Source of the DNA: Patescibacteria group bacterium
GTDB lineage: Bacteria > Patescibacteriota > Dojkabacteria > J137
Assembly: GCA_016861265.1 (NCBI GenBank)
Contig: BOLA01000001.1
Coordinates: forward strand, 267,569-331,568
Length of the DNA: 64,000 nt
Direction of reading: 5' to 3'
Each line of letters starts with the position of its first letter. Position 1 is the first letter of the stretch. Below the pieces are notes generated by a model. That model searched no databases, was not told the DNA's origin, and saw only the letters and a program-made list of their open reading frames with translations. A program made the position numbers and the translations under genes. Shown here in pieces: positions 17,713-28,118 of this stretch.

Positions 17713-18663
17713 ATGAACAATATTAAACACTTAAAAATAGTCGTAATTATTCTTGCTGTAACAAACTTGTTTACAGGAATAGGACTAGTAAACCAATCAA
17801 ATAACATCGCAAATATAGACCTTAGGAGTTACTCAAACCCTTACCCACTTGTAGATATTGCAAGAAACTTTATCGAACAAAAAGATGTGATCGTAAATCT
17901 TCAACCTTTAAGAGATTCATTAAAAGGTATTTATGAAGAATATGGAGAAGACAATATATCTTTATACATTGAATTTTTAAACAGTGGCGCGAATATATCT
18001 TATAACCAAGATGCCAGGTACTACCCTGCAAGCTTAATTAAAATGCCTGTAGCAATTGCTACAGCAAAGAAAATACAAGATGGGGAATGGGATTGGGATA
18101 GCAAATTAGTAATATTTGAAGAAGACGTTGACACCAAATTTGGCAATGTAGGTCTTAAACCAATTGGCACGAGAATCACAATAGAAGAACTGCTGAAAGA
18201 ACTTCTAACAAAATCAGATAATACAGCATACAAGATGTTGTTAAGAAATCTTGGTTCAGGTCCAGTGAATGACTTCTTAACAGAGACAGGTTTAAATGAT
18301 TTTTTTGACCAGGATTTAAATATTACAGCAAAAGAATACACAAGACTTTTTAGATCTTTATACACATCTAATTACCTTACCCGAAGGTATTCGCAAAAAA
18401 TACTGGAACTACTTTCACAATCAGAAAGGAATTACCTGGGACAAGGTATTCCCGAAGATGTTACTTATGCTCATAAATTCGGTGAAAATGCAGTAGAATA
18501 TATATTTGCAGATTCGGGGATAGTATATATACCTTCTAGACCATATATTGTAACGGTTTTATATAAAGGCAAGGAATTGGAAGAAAAAGAACATGTTGAT
18601 AGTTTTTTTAGAAAGACCGGAGAAACAATATTCAAATATTTTAACGAATATAATAATCAATGA
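17713..18663 (+). CDS. Serine hydrolase, class A beta-lactamase-like fold, membrane-anchored
   Basis: ASLIK (SxxK), KSDN, AHKFG; N-terminal hydrophobic helix. Confidence 0.85.
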   Translation: MNNIKHLKIVVIILAVTNLFTGIGLVNQSNNIANIDLRSYSNPYPLVDIARNFIEQKDVIVNLQPLRDSLKGIYEEYGEDNISLYIEFLNSGANISYNQDARYYPASLIKMPVAIATAKKIQDGEWDWDSKLVIFEEDVDTKFGNVGLKPIGTRITIEELLKELLTKSDNTAYKMLLRNLGSGPVNDFLTETGLNDFFDQDLNITAKEYTRLFRSLYTSNYLTRRYSQKILELLSQSERNYLGQGIPEDVTYAHKFGENAVEYIFADSGIVYIPSRPYIVTVLYKGKELEEKEHVDSFFRKTGETIFKYFNEYNNQ

Positions 18664-21600
18664 AATTTAGATTTAAAAAAATAATTACAATTTTATTCGT
18701 TTTAACTGCTAATCTTGCTCTGGTTTTCCCTGCAGATGTAGCACTGACAATTGTAAAGGAATCATTAAAAGACAGTAAGGTTGTAGATATCATGTATTGG
18801 GCACTGCAAGATTCAAAAGTTATTGACAATTTTTTAGATACAAAACTAGTTGAACAAGTCAAAGCTGACCCTCCACCAAATGGGTTTTATTTACAAACTG
18901 GAAAATTCGTAGGAAATGCTGCTCCAAAAAGTATCACTGGGCTAGGATTTTCACCTGATCTTGTAATACTAAAACCAGATACAACTGCGGGGTCAGGTGC
19001 AATATTCAAAACAAAAGCAATGTCAATATTGAATGTATCCTATTTTGTTGCTACCGCCCAGACCACGACAGGAGCTATAAGGCTAGATGAGGATGGATTT
19101 ACTGCATCAACAACAACTTCAAATAATGCAAATGTGACCACTTCATGGGTTGCAATAGGTGGATCCGACTGCACAGCTTCAGGTGTATTTTGTATTGGTG
19201 CATACACTGGGAATGGTGCAGGAGCAAGAACTATAGATACTGGATTCCAACCAGACTTGGTCTGGGTCAAGAGATCAACAGCTGTTGCAGGATCCTGGAG
19301 GACGTCTGATATGGCTACAAATGAATCCCAATATTTTCAAGCAACTACCCAAGATACTACTGGAACTAATTTTACTACGTTTAGCTCAACAGGCTTCACA
19401 GTAGGGCCAACTAATAATGTTAGTACTGGTATATATTATTTTGTTGCATTTAAACAGGTTGCAGGTGCACTGGATGTTGGTACTTACACCGGAAACGCAA
19501 CAGATAACCGAAATATTACTGGTGTGGGCTTTAAACCAGATTTTGTATTCCTTAAGAATGCCAATGCCGGAACCGCTGTATCAGGCATGTTTAATATTAA
19601 TGAATCTTATGGCGATAGCTCTAACTATTTTACGGATACAGCAAACTTAGTTAACTCTATTCAAGCATTACAATCGGATGGATTCCAAGTAGGTACTGAC
19701 AATACTGCAAATGGTTCTGGGAACACCATTTACTACGCGGCCTTTGGAGGGGCAGCGGCATATTCAAACGGCAGTGGCACATTCAAGGCCGCGAGTGGTA
19801 GTTATACAGGTACTGGGCAAAATGAAGTAATTCAAAATCTAGACTTTATGCCGGACCTGGTAATTATAAAAGGTAATACTACACAATCAGGTGTATTTAG
19901 AACTAGTCTAATGTCTAGTGATTCTACTGCGTATCTAGATGCGGCTACCGCAAATTTTGCAGGGGGAATTATTTCTATTAATCCAGATGGATTTACTGTG
20001 GGTACTTCTGCGACAGTAAACACAACAGGACTTACATACTATTGGACAGCATATGGCAACGCGTGGATTGCAGATAAAAACTCAGGAAGTTCGGATTTTT
20101 TTGTAGGTGCATATTACGGTAATAGTATAGACAATAGAAGTATTACAAGACTACCATTTCAGCCTGACATGGTCACTGTAAAACGAAATGGGGCGAGCGC
20201 AGGTGCATGGAGATCATCTATCCATTCTGGGGATTCGAGTAGTTTCTTCGCTGCTACTGCTGATGCATCTAATGTAATTCAATCATTTAATAGTGATGGG
20301 TTTCAGATAGGAACGTCTGCAAGTACGAATACTGCAGCAAGTGTATACTTCTATTTTGGCTTTAAGACAGGAACTAACTTTGCAGTGGGTAGTTACTCAG
20401 GTACTGGGATTACACAAAATATTACATCTGTGGGGTTTCAACCTGATAATCTTTGGGTTAAGGCAGCAACTGCAGTCAGGGGAGTACAAAAAAATGCTGA
20501 ACTTACAGGAAATACTGCACTGCCTTTTATTAACGTTGCCTCTATTGCCAATGCAATTACGGGGGTACTATCTAATGGCTTTAGCATTGGTACTGCCGCG
20601 GAAACAAATACCTCTGCAGTAACTTATAGGTATGTAGCTTGGAATAATAACTTTAATACACTAACTCCTACTTACACCATGCAAACAGGTTACTATATAG
20701 GTAACGGTGCAGTAAAAACAATCACTAACTTAGGCTTTTCACCAGACCTAGTAATTATCAAATCTGATACCAATGTCACATCACCGGTATTTAAAACAAA
20801 ACAAATGATATCTTCAAGCACTTCGTACTTTATCGCAACTGCTGACGCAACTACAGGGATAATAAGGCTGGATCCAGATGGATTTACGGTTTCTACGAGT
20901 GTTGGAGTAGCATCAAATAATAGGTACACTTGGATTGCATTTGACGGATCGGATTGCTCATCATCAGGGCAATTCTGTACTTCTGCATATATTGGCAACG
21001 GTGGTGGTACAAGAGCTATATCAAATGTAGGATTTCAACCAGACATAGCTATTGTTAAACAATCAACTGCTGTTGCAGCAAATTGGCGATCATCTTCTAT
21101 GCCCTCAAATACAGCTCAATATTTTATTAATACGAATCAAAAAACTACGGGAGCACTATTTGCATCACTAGATGCAACAGGATACACAGTTGGTACAACA
21201 AATAATGCTAGCGCAGGTATCTATTACTCTATTTCGTTTAAAAGTACGAGTGGAGCAATCAATGTAGGAACTTTCACCGGAAATGGAACCGACAATAGAA
21301 ATATTACTGGTGTAGGTTTTAGGCCAGATTTCGTATTGATAAAGAATGCGAATGCTACAACTGCAGTTGCAGGAGTATTTAATCTTAACGAATCATATGG
21401 AGATAATTCAGGGTTTTTTACGGCTTCTGCAAATACTTTTAATTCAATACAAGAACTACAATCTGATGGATTTCAAGTAGGGAACGACAACACTGCCAAC
21501 GGGAATACTAACACAATGTATTATGCTGCTTTTGGTGTTGCTGTAGCACTAAACCCCGGAAGTGGAACATTTCAGATGGCATCTGGTAGTTATACTGGTG

Positions 21601-24600
21601 TAGGGAATTATATGCAGGTCTCTGGACTTGGGTTTCAGCCAGATTTAATTATAATAAAGGGTAATACAACGCAATCTGGGGTATTTAGGACATCTTCAAT
21701 GGCAGCAGACTCAACCGCATACTTGGATTCTGCGACAGCTAACTTTGCAGGCGGCATAATTGCTATACATACCGATAGCTTTGTGGTTGGAACGTCTCCA
21801 ACAGTTAACAGCACAGGTCTCACATACTACTGGACAGCATACGGAAATGCTTGGACTTCTGAAAAAAATTCGGGAAGTGCTGATTTCTTTGTCGGAGGCT
21901 ATTACGGTAATGGCATAGATAATAGAAATATTTCAAGAATACCTTTTCAACCAGATATGGTTACAGTTAAAAGAAGTGGTGCTACTGGGGGAGCTTGGCG
22001 TTCCTCAACGCACTCAGGTGATACAAGTAGTTTCTTTGCAGCTACTGCAAATACATCTAATGTAATTCAAGCAATAAATTCTGATGGATACCAAATAGGT
22101 ACAGCTGCAAATGTAAATACTGCCGCAAATATCTATTGGCATTTTGGCTTTGATGCTGGTCCAAATTTTACCGTTGGCAACTATAGTGGAACGGGTTCGG
22201 CTAACAATATTACATCTGTTGGATTTCAGCCTGATAATCTTTGGGTTAAATCAACAGGAGCAGTAAGAGGTGTTCAAAGAATGACTAATCTAACGGGGGA
22301 TGCCGCGATTCCATTTATTAACGTCGCATCTATTACCGGGGCAATAACAGGAGTTTTATCTAATGGATTTAGTGTTGGGACCGCTGCAGAAACAAATTCT
22401 GTAGGGACTAATAATTATTTTTATGCAGCTTGGAACGTACCTGCAATTACATTAGCATCTACAGGCACACAAGTAGCTACAATTAATAAACCAATTACAG
22501 ACACACACGTTGGTGCTGCTTTTACTTTAGCTTCTAATGGTGCCAACATAAACCTTAATAATATAACAATATCTGAAACTGGAACAGTAAATGCAAATAC
22601 CAATCTTGCTAACGTAAAACTATACTATGAAACTGCTGGTACTTGTACCTACGACGGAATTGAGACACAATATGGCAGCACTCAGAGCTTTAATGCATCA
22701 CAGCAGGCAACATTTGCAAATACGTTAAGCATTGGCACTTCTCAGGTATGTATGTATGTAGTTTTAGACGTAGGTTCTGGAGCATCTGCTGGAGAAACAA
22801 TTGAAATAGAAGTAACACAATCAACAGACATAGAAGCAGATCGAGCTGTATTAGGAACATTCCCTGTTACTCTTGCAGGGACATCTACAATTTCATCAGG
22901 AAACGTTGCACCAAATAATCCTGCAAGTTTATTACAAGCAAGAACTGACGACTCTCCTATTTCAACAGGAGCCTGGATAAACCAATCATCTGTAAAATTT
23001 TCTGCAACAGTAAGCGATACAGATAATCCAGACACACTTTATTTATGTGTGGAGTTACAACCTGTGAGCACACCATTCACTGGAACAGAAACGGCATGTG
23101 GTAGCAGTGTTAATTACGTTGGCACACCATTAACCGCAACCGTAACAATAAGTTCCCTAACCGAAAATGAATATAAATGGCAAGCAAGTGTAAAGGACTC
23201 AGCTGGAGCATATTCAGCATGGGTAACCTATTCAAATTCTCCTACCGGATTAGTAGGTTATTGGAAAATGGACGAGTCAAGTTGGACTAACGATTGCAGT
23301 ACATTCACGGCATTAGATTCTTCAGCTAACTCATTAAATGCAAGATCATGTCCTAACACAAGCGGACCAAATACAAATGCAGCAGGTCAGTATGGTAGAG
23401 CTGGCGAATTTGATGGTGCTGACGACCGAATCGAGGTACCTTATAACTCAGTATTAAGCCTTGGCAATAATATGACATTAGAAGCATGGATAAGACCTGA
23501 CTCTGTAGCAATAGATTGGCAGTCAATTATGAATAAAGGAAGTACAAGTGACTGGTCTGCAAGATCATATGGGCTTATGCTTAATTATGGGAATGTACAT
23601 ATAAGCTACTTAAATGGCAATGGATGGCAATCATTTGCAACCACTACCTCACCGATAACCGCAGGGGTCTGGACACATGTAGCATACACAAGAGATGGAA
23701 CAACAGAAAAAATATATGTAAATGGATCACAAGTATTAAGTCAGACCATTACTGAAAATATAGCAGATGACACCTTCCCACTAACAATAGGTGGTGTAGC
23801 ACAGGGTGGCTCTGGAGTAGAAAAATTTGATGGTCTGCTAGATGAAGTAAAAATTTATAGTGTTGCAAGGAACTTATCAGAAGTTAACGCTGATATGAAT
23901 GCAACATCTGATAGAAATTTTGGAATCGACCTTTCTGCTCCTACTGGTGGTACTGTCTTTGATGGCGTAACTATAGGCGTTGATTCTACATTTAACAATG
24001 GATCATTATCAACTCTATCTGCAAATTGGAGTGGAATTGATTCAACACTTGCAGGTTTGCAAGGTTATGAGTATTCAATCGGTACTACTCCTGGTGGAAC
24101 GGATATCTTAACTTGGACCAGCATTGGAACATCAACCTCTATTACAAATAGTTCATTAACACTTCAAAGTTCGGTATTGTATTACGTTAATATTAGGACT
24201 ACAGATTTTGCAGGAAACACTGCAGTAATATCTTCGAATGGACAGATGATACTACCTGCTTTGTCATTTACATTATCTACAACATCAATTGTTTTTGATA
24301 ACTTGAATAATGGAAATAGTTTTACAGACACAAAATCAACAACACTAACTACATCCACAAATGCATACAACGGCTATATTATTCAGCTTTATAAAACTGA
24401 CAATTTAAGATCTATACTTTATCCAAGCGAAACAATTAGCGACTTTAGTGCTGGTAGTTACGCAGCTCCTGCAGAATGGGGACCTGCGAATTATGGATTT
24501 GGCTACACATCAAGTGATACAACAATTCAAGGAATTAATAAGTTTAATCCAGTTACTTGTGCAGGTGGAGGTTCTTCACCTTGTTATGCACCAATCTCTT

Positions 24601-24764
24601 CTAGTGCGCCAGGTGATATAGTAGCAGACCACACAACAACAGTCACAGGATCACCTATTACAAATGAACAGTTTGATATAACATATCAAATAAAAGTGCC
24701 ACAAACTCAGATAGCAAGTCCTTATACGACAACTTTGGTTTATACCATAGTACCTCAGTATTAA
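18660..24764 (+). CDS. 2034-aa secreted surface protein: duplicated beta-rich YxGNG/GFxPD repeats, LamG domain, Fn3-like and WxL-like C-terminus
   Basis: Signal peptide; recurring GxYTGNG..ITGVGFxPDxVxxK..SDGFxVG; LVGYWKMDE..TLEAWIRP..WTHVA..FDGLLDEVKIY; end VTxxTNAxxGY..FGYT..YTTTLVYTIVPQY. Confidence 0.85.
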   Translation: MKFRFKKIITILFVLTANLALVFPADVALTIVKESLKDSKVVDIMYWALQDSKVIDNFLDTKLVEQVKADPPPNGFYLQTGKFVGNAAPKSITGLGFSPDLVILKPDTTAGSGAIFKTKAMSILNVSYFVATAQTTTGAIRLDEDGFTASTTTSNNANVTTSWVAIGGSDCTASGVFCIGAYTGNGAGARTIDTGFQPDLVWVKRSTAVAGSWRTSDMATNESQYFQATTQDTTGTNFTTFSSTGFTVGPTNNVSTGIYYFVAFKQVAGALDVGTYTGNATDNRNITGVGFKPDFVFLKNANAGTAVSGMFNINESYGDSSNYFTDTANLVNSIQALQSDGFQVGTDNTANGSGNTIYYAAFGGAAAYSNGSGTFKAASGSYTGTGQNEVIQNLDFMPDLVIIKGNTTQSGVFRTSLMSSDSTAYLDAATANFAGGIISINPDGFTVGTSATVNTTGLTYYWTAYGNAWIADKNSGSSDFFVGAYYGNSIDNRSITRLPFQPDMVTVKRNGASAGAWRSSIHSGDSSSFFAATADASNVIQSFNSDGFQIGTSASTNTAASVYFYFGFKTGTNFAVGSYSGTGITQNITSVGFQPDNLWVKAATAVRGVQKNAELTGNTALPFINVASIANAITGVLSNGFSIGTAAETNTSAVTYRYVAWNNNFNTLTPTYTMQTGYYIGNGAVKTITNLGFSPDLVIIKSDTNVTSPVFKTKQMISSSTSYFIATADATTGIIRLDPDGFTVSTSVGVASNNRYTWIAFDGSDCSSSGQFCTSAYIGNGGGTRAISNVGFQPDIAIVKQSTAVAANWRSSSMPSNTAQYFINTNQKTTGALFASLDATGYTVGTTNNASAGIYYSISFKSTSGAINVGTFTGNGTDNRNITGVGFRPDFVLIKNANATTAVAGVFNLNESYGDNSGFFTASANTFNSIQELQSDGFQVGNDNTANGNTNTMYYAAFGVAVALNPGSGTFQMASGSYTGVGNYMQVSGLGFQPDLIIIKGNTTQSGVFRTSSMAADSTAYLDSATANFAGGIIAIHTDSFVVGTSPTVNSTGLTYYWTAYGNAWTSEKNSGSADFFVGGYYGNGIDNRNISRIPFQPDMVTVKRSGATGGAWRSSTHSGDTSSFFAATANTSNVIQAINSDGYQIGTAANVNTAANIYWHFGFDAGPNFTVGNYSGTGSANNITSVGFQPDNLWVKSTGAVRGVQRMTNLTGDAAIPFINVASITGAITGVLSNGFSVGTAAETNSVGTNNYFYAAWNVPAITLASTGTQVATINKPITDTHVGAAFTLASNGANINLNNITISETGTVNANTNLANVKLYYETAGTCTYDGIETQYGSTQSFNASQQATFANTLSIGTSQVCMYVVLDVGSGASAGETIEIEVTQSTDIEADRAVLGTFPVTLAGTSTISSGNVAPNNPASLLQARTDDSPISTGAWINQSSVKFSATVSDTDNPDTLYLCVELQPVSTPFTGTETACGSSVNYVGTPLTATVTISSLTENEYKWQASVKDSAGAYSAWVTYSNSPTGLVGYWKMDESSWTNDCSTFTALDSSANSLNARSCPNTSGPNTNAAGQYGRAGEFDGADDRIEVPYNSVLSLGNNMTLEAWIRPDSVAIDWQSIMNKGSTSDWSARSYGLMLNYGNVHISYLNGNGWQSFATTTSPITAGVWTHVAYTRDGTTEKIYVNGSQVLSQTITENIADDTFPLTIGGVAQGGSGVEKFDGLLDEVKIYSVARNLSEVNADMNATSDRNFGIDLSAPTGGTVFDGVTIGVDSTFNNGSLSTLSANWSGIDSTLAGLQGYEYSIGTTPGGTDILTWTSIGTSTSITNSSLTLQSSVLYYVNIRTTDFAGNTAVISSNGQMILPALSFTLSTTSIVFDNLNNGNSFTDTKSTTLTTSTNAYNGYIIQLYKTDNLRSILYPSETISDFSAGSYAAPAEWGPANYGFGYTSSDTTIQGINKFNPVTCAGGGSSPCYAPISSSAPGDIVADHTTTVTGSPITNEQFDITYQIKVPQTQIASPYTTTLVYTIVPQY
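18891..22436 (+). repeat. Internal tandem duplication of about 1.77 kb (about 590 aa)
   Basis: Copy 1 about 18891-20646 and copy 2 about 20679-22436 are colinear (QTGxxxGN..GSDCxxSGxFC..NESYGD..GLTYYWTAYGNAW..PDNLWVK..AWN). Confidence 0.85.
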
Positions 24765-24785
24765 AACTGTTAGAATGAACAAACT

Positions 24786-26000
24786 ATGAAAATTTTATTA
24801 TTAGTTTTCTCAATTATATTTTTGGTTCAACCTGTTCTAACCATACAGGCACAGGAGACAGTCCTGACACAAACGTCATTAGGCGTTGATCCTGCAATCC
24901 TTGAAATAATTCTTGAACCAGGCAAACAGGATGAAAAAATAATTCATGTTAATAACTCAAGTAATTTACCTTTACCAATAAAAGCAGTACGGCAAACCTT
25001 TGTTGCGAAAGAGATAGTAAATGTGCCAGAAGAAAAGCTAAATATCTTTGATGCATCTTCCTGGTTAGAACTTGCTCCAGAAGACGAGGATTTTATTCTA
25101 CAACCAAAAGAAGTAAAAGAGATAGTAGTTAAATTCAACCCCCCTGAAAATGCATCTCCAGGTGGGCATTACGCTTCATTAATATTTCAACCATTAATTC
25201 CACAAGAATTAGTATCTAATCAATCTGTATTTGTATACGCAAGAGTTGCAGTATTGGTGTTTATGCAAGTCAAAGGGGACATAAAACAGGAGTTAAGCTA
25301 TAACCAGGTTAAGATTGATTCATTATATAATGAATTCCCTATTCAGGTTTCAACAAAACTTGAAAATATTGGAAATACTCACTTACGACCTGAAGGCAAA
25401 TTAATTATATACGACGAACTAAATAGAACCGTCAAAACTACCGTTGAGATAGTTCCTTCAATTATTCTACCAGAACTTATAAAAGAATATCCCGTTACGA
25501 TTGATAGTATTTATGATTATGGGCAGTACTCTGCACAATTCATAGTAAGCTATGGTGACGATCAAATACAAATACTCTCGGAAAAACACTACTTTACAGT
25601 TTTTCCTTATAGAGCAACAATAATAATATTAATAATTCTTGTAATACTTTACTTAGTATTCTTTAGATTAAGAAAAAGAATTCATAAAGCTGGAAAAGTT
25701 CTATTTGAAAGTAATGATCCAATACTCTTTACATCAATAAAGAACAAGAAACCTAATATAATAAAAAAAGATATTCTTAAAATTAATAAAAAAGAGGGTG
25801 ATAAATTATTTTATAAACTATCTGAAAAGAATAAAACAAAAAGTGAAGTGATAAAATCAAAACTACATTCGATAATTAAAACATATAACCCACAAAAGAA
25901 TACTAAAGGTACATTAAAAAAGAAAAATCTTTTTACACATATATCTATAAAGCAAAAAACCTTCACGGACATACAAAAAGAAAATAAGAATAGATTGTGA
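24786..26000 (+). CDS. DUF916-like (WxL-interacting-type) surface protein with C-terminal TM and Lys-rich tail
   Basis: PENASPGGHYA, ENIGNTHLRPEG, TM near aa 280. Confidence 0.75.
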   Translation: MKILLLVFSIIFLVQPVLTIQAQETVLTQTSLGVDPAILEIILEPGKQDEKIIHVNNSSNLPLPIKAVRQTFVAKEIVNVPEEKLNIFDASSWLELAPEDEDFILQPKEVKEIVVKFNPPENASPGGHYASLIFQPLIPQELVSNQSVFVYARVAVLVFMQVKGDIKQELSYNQVKIDSLYNEFPIQVSTKLENIGNTHLRPEGKLIIYDELNRTVKTTVEIVPSIILPELIKEYPVTIDSIYDYGQYSAQFIVSYGDDQIQILSEKHYFTVFPYRATIIILIILVILYLVFFRLRKRIHKAGKVLFESNDPILFTSIKNKKPNIIKKDILKINKKEGDKLFYKLSEKNKTKSEVIKSKLHSIIKTYNPQKNTKGTLKKKNLFTHISIKQKTFTDIQKENKNRL

Positions 26001-26009
26001 CCCAAAAGG

Positions 26010-26037
26010 TTGACATTGATTGTAAAAAATCTATAAT
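26010..26037 (+). promoter_or_regulatory. Consensus sigma70 promoter
   Basis: TTGACA-16 nt-TATAAT. Confidence 0.75.
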
Positions 26038-26080
26038 AAATTTGTTAATTATTTGTAAATTAAATTTTTAAAAAAAGTAA

Positions 26081-27142
26081 ATGAAAAAGTACATATCAAT
26101 ATTCCTGATTTCGTTGTTCGTGATTGGATCTTTTAGCTTTTTAGTGCCATTAAGGTTTTCAGCCGCATCACTACAAAGTGGGTCGTTAACATTATCTGAT
26201 TCTAGACCATCAACTGCATCTGTAACCTATACATTTAATTTTTCAAATGTAACTACATCATCAATAAGATGTATTAATGTAGCATTCTCAGATGCTGCAA
26301 CAGGTGGCTCAAAACCAACAGGCTTAACAATCACTTCAGCAACATTCGGTGGTACCTCAACTTATGTACCTACACCAGCTAGCTGGACAGTTAATAATAA
26401 CAATACAACAGGTGTAACAACATTAACCTTTGCGACAGGTGAAGTACCATCATCTGCAACTGGCAGAACTGTTGTACTAAACGGAATAACAAATGGCTCA
26501 ACTGCTGCTACAACATACTATGTGAGGTTTTCAACATACAATAACGTTGACTGTGCAACCAGTCCTGTTGATAATCAAACAATCGCATTTATATATACCA
26601 ATGGTCAACTTGTTTCTGCTACAGTAGACCCTACTCTATCATTTACAATTGCAGGTGTAGCTTCAGGCCAAACAGTAAATGGGGCAACAACGACAGTCAC
26701 ATCTACCGCTACAACAGTACCTTTAGGAACATTAACAACAGGTTCTAATTCAATCGCAGCACAAGATTTAACAGTTGGTACAAATGCACAAGGTGGATAC
26801 ACCGTAACAATTCGATACACTGGATCACTAACTAATGGAACACATAACTTTACTGACTTTGCATCACCAAACAGTGCACCTACTACATTCAGTGCAGCTG
26901 GTACAGAAGCTTTTGGTTACACAACAAACGATGCCACATTAGGAACAGGTACAGTAGATAGATTCACATCATCAGGTGGTCTTAAATTTGCAGGATTTAC
27001 AACATCTCCTGTAGAAGTTGCTTATAGTGCTACTGCTGCTTCTGGAACAACAAGAGTTGGTTACGAAGCTGGAATTTCAGCAACAACACCTGCTGGTGCA
27101 TACACCACAACAGTTGTATTTGTTGCTACACCAACTTATTAA
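26081..27142 (+). CDS. Secreted Thr/Ser-rich protein with WxL-like C-terminal domain
   Basis: Signal peptide; VDPTLSFTI..VGTNAQGGY..EAFGY..TPAGAYTTTVVFVATPTY, similar to the end of the giant protein. Confidence 0.75.
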   Translation: MKKYISIFLISLFVIGSFSFLVPLRFSAASLQSGSLTLSDSRPSTASVTYTFNFSNVTTSSIRCINVAFSDAATGGSKPTGLTITSATFGGTSTYVPTPASWTVNNNNTTGVTTLTFATGEVPSSATGRTVVLNGITNGSTAATTYYVRFSTYNNVDCATSPVDNQTIAFIYTNGQLVSATVDPTLSFTIAGVASGQTVNGATTTVTSTATTVPLGTLTTGSNSIAAQDLTVGTNAQGGYTVTIRYTGSLTNGTHNFTDFASPNSAPTTFSAAGTEAFGYTTNDATLGTGTVDRFTSSGGLKFAGFTTSPVEVAYSATAASGTTRVGYEAGISATTPAGAYTTTVVFVATPTY

Positions 27143-27194
27143 TAATTTGAAAAGGTGTTAAAATATGCTATATTTCCTTGTTTATATATAATAT

Positions 27195-28115
27195 ATGAGA
27201 AGATATAGCATTTTTGCTTTTCTTACAATAATATTAGGACCTTTGGTCCTTTTAAATACCTACACTTTAGAAGCTCAAGATAGATTTGGATTTTCAATCT
27301 CGCCACCATCATTTGAAATAACTGCAAACCCTGGTGATCGAATAGAAAATTCATTAAAGATTCAAAATCTATCACAAACCCCATTAAGCATAAATGTAAA
27401 TAACGAGAACTTTTACGCTTACGGTAATGAAGGTCAAATTACTCTTACGGAAGATAGTTCTACCTATTCTATTTCTGACTGGATAAAATATGGTAACAAG
27501 ACTATCGTGGTAAATCCATCAGAATCATATACATTTGATTTTGTAATTGAAATCCCACAAAACATTGAACCTGGAAGCCACTACGGTGCAATTGTATCCT
27601 CCACTAACGACGCAATATTACAATCAACTGGAGCAAGCGTTGTTCAAGAAATTGGTGCCATTGTATTAATTCGAGTACCAGGTGATATTCAAGAAGAAGC
27701 AAAACTTGTAAGTTTTGAACCAGTTGAAAGTGTATTTAAAGATCCTGTAATAAATTTAGAGTCCCTTGTAGAAAATATTGGTACTGTACACATAAAACCC
27801 TACGGAGCAATAACAATATCAGATATACTAGGCAATACAGTAAAGACAATAAATATTGAAGGCAAGAATGTTTTGCCAGGAAGTCAAAGAACATTCAATC
27901 AAAGTTTTGATTTTGAAAATATTGGAATTTACAGAGCAAACTTACAATTATATTACAAAGATGGAACAAAAATAATAACTGGTGAGACTAGCTTTATAAG
28001 CCTTTATACAGAAAGACTCATACCTATAATAGTAATTATTGTTGGCTTAATCGCGTTCTATTTAATATTTAGAAAACGAATTAACAAAGCTATCAAAATT
28101 ATTATTAAAGGATAA
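27195..28115 (+). CDS. DUF916-like surface protein with C-terminal TM
   Basis: IEPGSHYGAI, ENIGTVHIKPYG; paralog of 24786-26000. Confidence 0.75.
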   Translation: MRRYSIFAFLTIILGPLVLLNTYTLEAQDRFGFSISPPSFEITANPGDRIENSLKIQNLSQTPLSINVNNENFYAYGNEGQITLTEDSSTYSISDWIKYGNKTIVVNPSESYTFDFVIEIPQNIEPGSHYGAIVSSTNDAILQSTGASVVQEIGAIVLIRVPGDIQEEAKLVSFEPVESVFKDPVINLESLVENIGTVHIKPYGAITISDILGNTVKTINIEGKNVLPGSQRTFNQSFDFENIGIYRANLQLYYKDGTKIITGETSFISLYTERLIPIIVIIVGLIAFYLIFRKRINKAIKIIIKG

Positions 28116-28118
28116 ATT

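Noticed and set aside
17704-18663. Functional class A beta-lactamase
   Set aside because: No recognisable omega-loop Glu166 motif and HKFG instead of KTG; only the fold can be claimed
18891-22436. CRISPR array or DGR template/variable repeats
   Set aside because: Repeats are in-frame protein domain duplications; no spacer periodicity, no adenine-specific mismatch pattern noticed, no reverse transcriptase
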